Source: Streptantibioticus rubrisoli (GTDB taxonomy: Bacteria > Actinomycetota > Actinomycetes > Streptomycetales > Streptomycetaceae). From it: a stretch of DNA of 32,000 bases. This document shows positions 1 to 6,854 of this stretch, piece by piece; within the stretch, counting starts at the first letter, position 1, and every line of letters starts with the position of its first letter. The translations under genes were made by a program, and so were the position numbers. The stretch is taken from NCBI RefSeq assembly GCF_024436055.1, contig NZ_JANFNH010000046.1:538-32537 (forward strand), given 5' to 3'. A model generated the notes under the pieces. It was not told the origin of the DNA. It ran no database searches and saw nothing but the letters and a program-made list of their open reading frames with translations.

Positions 1-2
1 CC

Positions 3-362
3 GACGTCCCCGAGGGCGGACTCCAGGTGGCGCCAGGCATCCGCCTGGTCCCGGCCGCCGGCCACACCCCTGGCCAGACCGCCGTGGAACTGCACGGCGC
101 CGACCGCTCGGCCCTGATCACCGGCGACAGCATCCACCACCCCGTGCAGCTGTCCCACCCCCACCTGACCAGCTGCGTCGACATCGACCCCGAGCAGGCC
201 GTGAACAGTCGCCGCCGCCTCCTCGACACCCTGGCCGACACCCACGACCTGCTTCTCGGCACCCACTTCCCCCACCCCACCGCCGGCCTGGTCCGCCGTG
301 ACCAGGGCCGCTACCGCCTGCTGCCCGAGCCCGGCACTCCTACTCCGGCCGCTGCGGGGTGA
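3..362 (+). CDS. MBL-fold metallo-hydrolase, C-terminal part (5' end outside window)
   Basis: The frame is open from the window edge to TGA at 360-362. The translation (...AGHTPGQTAVEL...ITGDSIHHPVQL...LLGTHFPHP) carries late His/Asp metal-ligand motifs typical of beta-lactamase-fold hydrolases. Third-position GC is high. Confidence 0.7.
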   Translation, partial: DVPEGGLQVAPGIRLVPAAGHTPGQTAVELHGADRSALITGDSIHHPVQLSHPHLTSCVDIDPEQAVNSRRRLLDTLADTHDLLLGTHFPHPTAGLVRRDQGRYRLLPEPGTPTPAAAG

Positions 363-429
363 CCGGGTGGGGCGGTCACCGGCCAATTGCCTGTTCCGTT
401 GTCGCCGCGTCAGGCGGTTCATCCCTGCG

Positions 430-825
430 GTGCGGCTGCCCACACCGGACCACGAACGAGGTCGCGGTGCCAGTGCAGCGCGGTGTCCGGTCCCCCCAGC
501 AAACGCACCTGTCGCAGCGTTTGCTGGGGGCGATGAAGCAAGGCGGCGAGGAGTATGGGGTCCGTAGGCGTGAAACAGGGGCAGGCCCCCTGGAGCTGAC
601 GCTCCGGCACCCGTGAGTTGACACCACAACGCCAGGATTTTCCACGTCCTCTTCCCGACTGCTCCTTGGCAGCAGCCGGAGCACGGTGAGAGTGTGCGTC
701 ATCGTCAGGTGGGCCAGGCCCAGCAGCACGATTGATGACCGTGCCAATGCACGCCGAGCCGCCCTGGCCAAACCACGCGATCCGTCCTCTGACATGTGCG
801 GGTGGACTTCTCGGCACCTCCACGG
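430..825 (-). mobile_element. Truncated IS481-like (rve/DDE) element remnant: 5' part of the transposase gene (frameshifted) plus one terminal inverted repeat
   Basis: From GTG at 729 the minus strand reads MLLGLAHLTMTHTLTVLRLLPRSSREEDVE. After a frameshift it reads ERQLQGACPCFTPTDPILLAALLHRPQQTLRQVRLLGGPDTALHWHRDL. Both match the N-termini of the transposases at 18529-19638 and 21260-22354. Positions 789-825 (ctgacatgtgcgggtggacttctcggcacctccacgg) match the upstream terminal repeat of those elements. Homology stops near 430, so the 3' two-thirds is deleted. Confidence 0.7.
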
Positions 826-1049
826 TCGCCGGGTGGAAGTAGGTGGTACATCCGGCCGACGAAGTGAGGCTGGAATACTGGCCACCACAATTGCCCACTG
901 GGGTAGTTAGGGGTTGGTCCGAAGATGGACCGCCCATAATCTCTCCAGGGAAGTTGAAATTTTCTGTCAAGTGCTGCGAGACCGGAGGCTGCGGTCGTCG
1001 GTGCCGTCCTCGTGCAGGGCTTGTTCGCTCAAATGAGGATTGGTGACAG

Positions 1050-1916
1050 GTGTTAGCGAATATGCAATCGCATTCGATTGCTGTGTTCGGTGCAGGTGTC
1101 ATGGGCCGCAGTATCACCGCACTGGCGCTGGGCCGCGGGGTGGACGTTGTCCTGGTGGACGTCTCGGACGACGTACTGCGGGATGCCCGAGCGGAGATCA
1201 CCCAGCAGATGCGGCACGGACAACTCATGGGTGCCTTCCCGGCTGACAAGACACCCGGAACATTGACGACGTCGCTGTCCAGCAAGGGTGCTGCGGACGC
1301 CGCCGTGGTGATCGAGGCGATCACCGAGGACGCCGCGCTCAAGGTACGGGTCATGGCGGAGATCTCCGGCGTGGTCCCCGCGGGTGTCCCGCTGATCACC
1401 AACACGTCCGGTATCCCCATCGCCGAACTGGCGAAGTCGGTGCAACGACCCACGGACCTGGCCGGGGTGCACTTCATGAATCCGGCCTATCTGATCGAGA
1501 TGGTCGAGGTGGTCCGTGGCCCGCAGACTGGCGACGACGCCATGGCCGTCGTCCTTTCCTTTCTCGAGGGGCTGGGGAAGAAAACGGTCGTCGTCCGAGA
1601 CGCGCCGGGATTCGTCACCAGCAGGCTGCTGCATCCCATGATCAACGAAGCGGCGAGAGTCGTGGCCGAGGGCACCGCGAGCGTTGAGTCCGTGGACCGG
1701 CTGATGCACGGATGTCTTGGTCATCCGACCGGTCCGCTGCGCACCGCCGATTTGATCGGACTCGACAACCTCGCGGACGCTCTGCGGCTGCTCGCCGAGC
1801 GGACCGGAAATCCCACCTTCGAGCCCTGCGAACTACTCATGGAAAAAGTGAGCCGCGGTGAGCTGGGGCGCAAGACGGGGCGCGGTTTCTACGACTACGG
1901 AGAGGTGCTTTCGTGA
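1050..1916 (+). CDS. fkbK: 3-hydroxyacyl-CoA/ACP dehydrogenase of the methoxymalonyl-ACP pathway (FkbK/Asm13-like)
   Basis: 288-aa ORF with an N-terminal Rossmann motif (IAVFGAGVMGRSI) and a 3HCDH-type C-terminal domain (GFVTSRLLHPMINEAARVV...GPLRTADLIGLD). It is the first gene of the K-J-I-H-G cassette. The GTG 1050 start is uncertain; ATG 1062 is an alternative. Its stop overlaps the next start (GTGA at 1913-1916). Confidence 0.85.
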   Translation: MLANMQSHSIAVFGAGVMGRSITALALGRGVDVVLVDVSDDVLRDARAEITQQMRHGQLMGAFPADKTPGTLTTSLSSKGAADAAVVIEAITEDAALKVRVMAEISGVVPAGVPLITNTSGIPIAELAKSVQRPTDLAGVHFMNPAYLIEMVEVVRGPQTGDDAMAVVLSFLEGLGKKTVVVRDAPGFVTSRLLHPMINEAARVVAEGTASVESVDRLMHGCLGHPTGPLRTADLIGLDNLADALRLLAERTGNPTFEPCELLMEKVSRGELGRKTGRGFYDYGEVLS

Positions 1917-2176
1917 GCCAGGACCTGACAACCACTGCTGAGAGTATCGCGCAGACGATCGCGGCGTTCGTCTCGAAGAGAGTCGGGGCGGACGTCCCGG
2001 CCGACAAGGACCTCTTCGAGTCCGGGCTGGTGTCCTCGCTGTTCGCGATGGAACTCGTCGTGCACCTGGAGCAGGCGTTCTCCGTGCAGATCCTGGGGGA
2101 CGACCTCAAGCGGGACAACTTCCGCTCCGTCCAGGCCATGACCGCCCTCGTGCTGCGGTTGAACGGCGCGGAGTAG
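1913..2176 (+). CDS. fkbJ: Discrete acyl carrier protein (FkbJ/Asm14-like)
   Basis: 87-aa acidic protein with a carrier-protein helix-II region (LFESGLVSSLFAMELVVHLE). It is translationally coupled to the upstream gene and sits where the cassette ACP is expected. Confidence 0.8.
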   Translation: MSQDLTTTAESIAQTIAAFVSKRVGADVPADKDLFESGLVSSLFAMELVVHLEQAFSVQILGDDLKRDNFRSVQAMTALVLRLNGAE

Positions 2177-2183
2177 CCCGCCG

Positions 2184-3293
2184 ATGCCTGAATCGCTCGC
2201 AGACGCCCATGAGTTGGTCGATGACCTGGTCGGTGATCAGGCTATCGAGTGGGACCGGGCCGGTCTGATCCCCGACGGCGTTCTGCGCACACTGGCGAAC
2301 CGCGGACTGCTGTGTGCGGAGGTACCGGAGGCTTCCGGCGGACTCGGGATGAGCAGCGCGGCGAACGGCGAGTTCACCGCGTTCGTCGGTAGCCGGTGCA
2401 GCTCGCTGCGCAGTGTGATGACCTCTCAGGGCATGGCCGCGTGGACGATCCAGCGCCTGGGCAGTTCGCGGCAGCACGCGGCGTACCTGCCGAGACTGGC
2501 CGGTGGCCAACTCGCCGCCGTCGCGTTCAGCGAGCCGGATGCGGGCAGCGATCTGTCGGCGATGACCACCACCATCGAACCCGACGGTGACGCCGTCGTC
2601 CTTCGCGGGCAGAAGGTCTGGACGACCGCGGCCCACTATGCCGACCTGATCGTGGTCGTCGGGCGCTACGGTTCCGGGGCCGCCGCGGTCGTGGTGCCGA
2701 CGTCGGCTTCGGGCGTCACCGTGACCAGGGTTCCGCGGCCGTCCGGCTGCCGGGCGGCGGGCCACGCGGACGTACGATTCGACGACGTGCGGCTGCCAGT
2801 CATCGCGGTACTCGGCGGCGGGCAGCCGCTGATGCTCCTGGTGACGACCGCGCTGGCGTACGGGCGGATCTCGGTCGCCTGGGGCTGCGTGGGCATCCTC
2901 CGGGCCTGTCTCGACGCCGCCCGTCATCACGCCCGGACCCGGCGGCAGTTCGGCAGGCCGCTCGCCCAGCACCAGCTCGTCGGCCGTCACCTGGCGAACC
3001 TGCTCACCGGTGAGCAGATCGCCACCCGGATGTGCGAACACGCCAGCCGGTGCTGGGACAGCGGCTCTCCCGACATGGTGGTCGCCTCTGTCCTCGCCAA
3101 GCAGGTGAGCGCCGTCCAGGCCGCACAGGGCGCCGCCGCGGCCGTGCAGGTCCTGGGTTCGGTGGCCGCGCACGAGGGCCATGCGGTCGAGCGTGCGTAC
3201 CGCGACGCAAAGCTCATGGAGCTCATCGAGGGCAGCACGGAGATCTGCCAGTTGATCCTCTCCGACCACGCGGTGTCCATGACGGCGAGGTGA
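2184..3293 (+). CDS. fkbI: Acyl-CoA/ACP dehydrogenase (FkbI/Asm15-like)
   Basis: 369-aa ORF with the three-domain ACAD layout. Motifs include AVAFSEPDAGSDL, GQKVWTTAA and the C-terminal YRDAKLMELIEGSTEICQLIL. Its position in the cassette fits. Confidence 0.88.
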   Translation: MPESLADAHELVDDLVGDQAIEWDRAGLIPDGVLRTLANRGLLCAEVPEASGGLGMSSAANGEFTAFVGSRCSSLRSVMTSQGMAAWTIQRLGSSRQHAAYLPRLAGGQLAAVAFSEPDAGSDLSAMTTTIEPDGDAVVLRGQKVWTTAAHYADLIVVVGRYGSGAAAVVVPTSASGVTVTRVPRPSGCRAAGHADVRFDDVRLPVIAVLGGGQPLMLLVTTALAYGRISVAWGCVGILRACLDAARHHARTRRQFGRPLAQHQLVGRHLANLLTGEQIATRMCEHASRCWDSGSPDMVVASVLAKQVSAVQAAQGAAAAVQVLGSVAAHEGHAVERAYRDAKLMELIEGSTEICQLILSDHAVSMTAR

Positions 3294-3302
3294 GACGACG
3301 AG

Positions 3303-4397
3303 ATGAGTCAAGGAGACACAGTGGCTGAACAGCCCTCGATCGTGAAGTGCCTGGTGTGGGACCTCGACAACACCCTGTGGCAGGGCACGCTGCTGGAGGA
3401 CGGCGAGGTGAAGCTCCCCGACTCCGTCCGCGAGCTCATCACCGAGCTGGACAGCCGGGGCATCCTCCAATCGGTTGCCAGCAAGAACGACCACGACCAG
3501 GCATGGCAGCAGCTGGAGGCGCTGGGCGTCGCCGAGTACCTCATCCTGCCGCGCATCGGCTGGGGCCCGAAGTCCGACTCGGTACGGGAGATCGCCGACG
3601 AGCTCAACTTCGCGCTCGACACCATCGCTTTCGTCGACGACCAGCCGTCGGAGCGGGCAGAAGTCGAGTTCCATTTGCCGCAGGTCCGCTGCTACGACGC
3701 CGAGCGGTTGCCCGAGTTCGCCGCTCTGCCGGAGTTCAGCCCGGCGACGGTCACGGTGGACTCGCGCCGTCGTCGGCAGATGTATCAGGCCGGATTCCTT
3801 CGCAAGGCGGCCGAGGCGGAGTTCCAGGGGCCGAGCGACGACTTCCTGCGTTCCTTGGAACTGGAGATGCGCATCGGACGCGCCACCGAGGACGAGTTGT
3901 CCCGTGTGGAGGAACTGACGCTGCGCACAAGCCAGATGAATGCCACGGGAGTGCACTACTCCATCTCCGATCTGCGTGGGCTGCTCGTCGATCCGCGGCA
4001 CGAGGTCCTGGTGACCACGCTCACCGACCGGTTCGGGCCGCACGGCGCGGTCGGCCTCCAACTGCTGGAGAGGCACGCGGCTGTGTGGAATCTGAAGCTG
4101 CTGGCCACGTCGTGCCGCGTGGTGTCATTCGGCGCTGGATCGGCGCTCCTCGGCTGGCTCGGCGACCAGGCCGCGCACGCGGGCGTCCACCTGGTCGCCG
4201 ACTTCCGGCGCACCGAACGCAACCGGATGATGGAGATCGCCTACCGTCTCGCCGGCTTCACCGACGAGCCCTGCGACTGCAGGGCCGGGCTGACCGCGCC
4301 CGCTCAGGAGGACATCCAGCGGCTACATCTGCTTCCGACGCCTTGCGACCCCCCGCCCACGATGAAGTTGCACACCGTCAGCCTCCAAAGCGCCTGA
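3303..4397 (+). CDS. fkbH: FkbH-family HAD phosphatase / glyceryl-ACP-forming enzyme (FkbH/Asm16-like)
   Basis: 364-aa ORF with the HAD DxDxT motif (VWDLDNTLW, DLDNT at 3360-3374). It also has SKND, FVDDQPSERAEV and the C-terminal LLATSCRVV active-site Cys region typical of FkbH proteins. GTG 3321, preceded by AGGAGA, is an alternative start. Confidence 0.9.
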   Translation: MSQGDTVAEQPSIVKCLVWDLDNTLWQGTLLEDGEVKLPDSVRELITELDSRGILQSVASKNDHDQAWQQLEALGVAEYLILPRIGWGPKSDSVREIADELNFALDTIAFVDDQPSERAEVEFHLPQVRCYDAERLPEFAALPEFSPATVTVDSRRRRQMYQAGFLRKAAEAEFQGPSDDFLRSLELEMRIGRATEDELSRVEELTLRTSQMNATGVHYSISDLRGLLVDPRHEVLVTTLTDRFGPHGAVGLQLLERHAAVWNLKLLATSCRVVSFGAGSALLGWLGDQAAHAGVHLVADFRRTERNRMMEIAYRLAGFTDEPCDCRAGLTAPAQEDIQRLHLLPTPCDPPPTMKLHTVSLQSA

Positions 4398-4442
4398 GTG
4401 CGGGCGCCCTCGACCGGTCCGATCAGAGAAGAAGGATGGCGC

Positions 4443-5120
4443 ATGGCGAACCAGCTAGGTCTCCCGGCAAGACTCTCGGAGTACATCCGGGAGTCCTCCC
4501 TGCGAGAGGACGAAGTCCTGCGACAGTTGCGCGAGACGACGTCGGAACTCCCAGCGGGCAGCGCATTGCAGGTGATGCCGGAGGAAGGGCAGTTGCTGAC
4601 GCTGCTGGCCGGTCTCACTAGGGCCCGCAAGATCCTTGAGATCGGTACGTACACCGGGTACAGCACCCTGTGCCTGGCCCGCGCGCTCGCGCCCGGCGGA
4701 CGGCTGGTCACCTGCGACATCACCCACCGTTGGCCGCGAATCGGCGCCGAGTACTGGACCAAGGCGGGCGTCGACGGGCGGATCGACCTGCGCATCGGTG
4801 ACGCGGCGAACACCCTCGAGGCCCTCCTCGCGGACGAGGGCCCCGGCACGTTCGACTTCGTCTTCATCGACGCCGACAAGCAGCGCTACTCGGACTACTA
4901 CGAGTCGGCGCTGTCCCTCGTCGGCGACCACGGCCTGATCGTGGTCGACAACACCCTGTTCTTCGGCAAGGTCGTGGACCCCGAGGCCCAGGACCCGGAC
5001 ACCACCGCGATCCGCGCGTTCAACACGCTGGTCCGCGACGACCCGCGGGTGGAGACGTCCCTGGTCCCTATGGCGGACGGCATCACGCTGATCCGGAAGA
5101 AGCAACGGACGGGGGAGTGA
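4443..5120 (+). CDS. fkbG: Class I SAM-dependent O-methyltransferase, caffeoyl-CoA OMT-like (FkbG/Asm17-like)
   Basis: The SAM-binding motif ILEIGTYTGYSTLCLA and the motifs FDFVFIDADK and LIVVDNTLFFG are present. ATG 4443 is preceded by GAAGGA about 6 nt upstream. The listed ORF begins at GTG 4398, directly after the fkbH stop, so 15 extra codons are possible. Confidence 0.85.
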   Translation: MANQLGLPARLSEYIRESSLREDEVLRQLRETTSELPAGSALQVMPEEGQLLTLLAGLTRARKILEIGTYTGYSTLCLARALAPGGRLVTCDITHRWPRIGAEYWTKAGVDGRIDLRIGDAANTLEALLADEGPGTFDFVFIDADKQRYSDYYESALSLVGDHGLIVVDNTLFFGKVVDPEAQDPDTTAIRAFNTLVRDDPRVETSLVPMADGITLIRKKQRTGE

Positions 5121-5150
5121 AGCCCTCCGCCCCGGCCTGCCGGGCTTCAC
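5117..5150. terminator. GC-rich hairpin between convergent genes (candidate bidirectional terminator)
   Basis: GTGAAGCCC (5117-5125) pairs perfectly with GGGCTTCAC (5142-5150) around a 16-nt GC-rich loop. It lies between the fkbG stop (5120) and the stop of the minus-strand gene (5174). There is no T-tract, which is usual for high-GC actinomycetes. Confidence 0.4.
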
Positions 5151-5173
5151 TCTGCCCGCCGCGAGTGCCGGGC

Positions 5174-6469
5174 TCAGCCGACCACCCTCGGCACGTACGC
5201 GGCGTGAGTCCCGTCGGCGTAGCGGCACAGTTCGACGCCGTACACCTCGGCGGGATAGAGCTGCCGACCGAGGAATTCGATGACCCGGTTGAATTCCGGC
5301 GGAAACTGGCTGGCCACGATGGCCATACGAAGTCTGCCGACAGCGAGATTCGCTTCAAGCGTGCGCAGAAACGAACTCTCGCCGAGGAAATAGCCTATTT
5401 GCGTTAGCAAATATTCGCCAGTGCTGTTGTGTAGCTGTGATGTGTACTCAAGCGACCGTTGCAGTATGTGCAGCGGCCAGTTTCGAGCACCGCTGCTCGC
5501 GTGGTCGAGTGTTTTCCCGAGGGCGTCGTTCTCATTCCATGTGTCGTGTGGCTCCACTACTTCGACCAGTGTCGGCACGCCTTTGGAATCGGCGAACAGG
5601 TGGGTGGAACTGAAGGAGTAGCCGTCCGTGTCCGGCATGACGTCCGCGGGGTTCCTGCGGATCAGCAGTAGCCGGGAGTCGGCGTCGTGCGCGTTGCCGA
5701 CCGCGGACAGCAGGTCCGGGTAGCGGACGAGGATCTCGTGCAGGGGCGGTTCGGGGTGGGCCGTCGTCGGTGTGAGCAGGGTGAGCCCCGCGCCGTTCTG
5801 CAGCACGATGCGCCGGTTCCGCGCTTCGGCGCGCGGTGTCGGCGGGCGCGACCCCTGCGGGCGCGCATGCCTGCCCGACTTCATCTGCCCTGGGTCCGCG
5901 GGCAGCACCGCCGGGCGTTCCAGCCAGGGGTCGATCGGGGTGACGGAGGAGTTCAGGATGAAGGCCAGCGTCTTGTACGTCCCGGTGAGGGCCAGTAGTT
6001 CGAGGAATTGCTCCTCGGTGTAGCGCTCGGCGAGTCGTTTCCAGGTGCTGTCCGAGATCACGGATCCGGTGTGGAGTTCGTCGACGGCTGTGAGGAGGGC
6101 GGCTTCGAAGAGTGTCCACTCGGAGGTGTCCTCTGAGGCGACCCGGGCGATCTCCGTTTCGCTCAACCCGACGAGGAGTCCCGCGGGGTGGTGGTGGGCC
6201 CAGATGTACGGGGCTTGGGAACGCCATGCCGTGCGCAGGATGACGAGTTCGCGCTCGCGTGCCGGGAGGACTTCGCCGGTGACGTGCTCTATCAGCGGCT
6301 GGATCGCGGGCAGCAGCGTCGGATGGTTGGCCATGGTCCGCGTGACGTTCGGCGGGGGCCGGTCCGCGAGGAGCCCGTTCAGCGCCTCCTTGGCCATCCG
6401 GGCATAGTCCTGGCCGGCGGGTGTGACGGCGAATTCCTCCGCGTCCTGTGGATCGATCCTGGGGCGCAT
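5174..6469 (-). CDS. Carboxymuconolactone decarboxylase (AhpD-like) family domain fused to a C-terminal PD-(D/E)xK-nuclease-like domain of unknown function
   Basis: ATG at 6469 is preceded by GAGGAAGAGGGA. The first ~190 aa match the CMD family (MANHPTLLPA...RERELVILRTAWRSQAPYIWAHHH...LSETEIARV...ALLTAVDEL...ISDSTWKRL). There is no stop before a further ~240 aa. That part (LHEILVRYPDLL...THLFADSKGVPTLVEVVEPHD...LRMAIVASQFPPEFNRVIEFLGRQ...VYGVELCRY) follows the layout of NucS/DUF4268-type restriction-endonuclease-fold proteins. The 111 codons upstream of 6469 in the listed ORF lack coding character. Confidence 0.65.
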   Translation of the reverse strand: MRPRIDPQDAEEFAVTPAGQDYARMAKEALNGLLADRPPPNVTRTMANHPTLLPAIQPLIEHVTGEVLPARERELVILRTAWRSQAPYIWAHHHPAGLLVGLSETEIARVASEDTSEWTLFEAALLTAVDELHTGSVISDSTWKRLAERYTEEQFLELLALTGTYKTLAFILNSSVTPIDPWLERPAVLPADPGQMKSGRHARPQGSRPPTPRAEARNRRIVLQNGAGLTLLTPTTAHPEPPLHEILVRYPDLLSAVGNAHDADSRLLLIRRNPADVMPDTDGYSFSSTHLFADSKGVPTLVEVVEPHDTWNENDALGKTLDHASSGARNWPLHILQRSLEYTSQLHNSTGEYLLTQIGYFLGESSFLRTLEANLAVGRLRMAIVASQFPPEFNRVIEFLGRQLYPAEVYGVELCRYADGTHAAYVPRVVG

Positions 6470-6854
6470 TCCCTCTTCCTCAAGCTCGCTCGTGTGTCGG
6501 CGTTTCAAGGGTGGGCGACTCGGTGGCGGAAGCCCAATTCGGCCGAGAGGTCCCCACGATAATGCAACGGTAAGGGCTCTCATGCATCGAGGATCGGGCA
6601 TAGGGGTACCCGTCGTCGTGACGAGTAGGGGTAGGGGATGTGATTGCAATAGCAAAGAACACATGTCGATTGAGTGCCTCAAAATCAAACCGAAAGCGAT
6701 TGGCGACACACGGGTTCCCCTGTAGCATCGCGCTTTGTTGGTCACGACTCGAACGGCGGTTCGGCGCCGCCGGATCCTTGGAGAACGGGCGTGTGGCGAC
6801 ACCTGCCCTCTCCCTGCCGAGCCTGCTGAGACGAAGAGTTAGGGGAGCGGTGCC
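6470..6854. promoter_or_regulatory. Divergent intergenic/promoter region between the CMD-fusion gene and the PKS gene
   Basis: 385-bp non-coding gap between divergent starts (6469 minus, 6855 plus) that is visibly more AT-rich than its flanks. It contains a perfect palindrome ATTGCAAT (6643-6650) and an inverted repeat TTGAG-tgc-CTCAA (6670-6682). A GGGGAG Shine-Dalgarno lies 7 nt before GTG 6855. Confidence 0.5.

Noticed and set aside
1053-1055. TTA (bldA-dependent) codon as the second codon of fkbK, suggesting developmental control of the cassette
   Set aside because: It counts only if GTG 1050 is the true start. ATG 1062 is an equally plausible start that would exclude the TTA, so no regulatory claim is justified.
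2106-4076. 656-aa minus-strand ORF spanning fkbI and fkbH
   Set aside because: It is antisense to two genes with clear family motifs. Its translation is Arg/Gly/Pro/His-rich with no recognisable domain. This is a typical shadow ORF of high-GC DNA.
3347-4621. 424-aa plus-strand ORF in an alternative frame over fkbH and fkbG
   Set aside because: It is an out-of-frame read-through of real genes. The translation is low-complexity (R/G/A/P-rich) with no motifs.
5174-6802. Full 542-aa version of the minus-strand ORF (N-terminal 111 codons upstream of 6469)
   Set aside because: The extension runs through the AT-richer intergenic region with non-coding-like composition. ATG 6469 has a strong GAGGAAGAGGGA ribosome-binding site and coincides with the usual start of CMD-family proteins.
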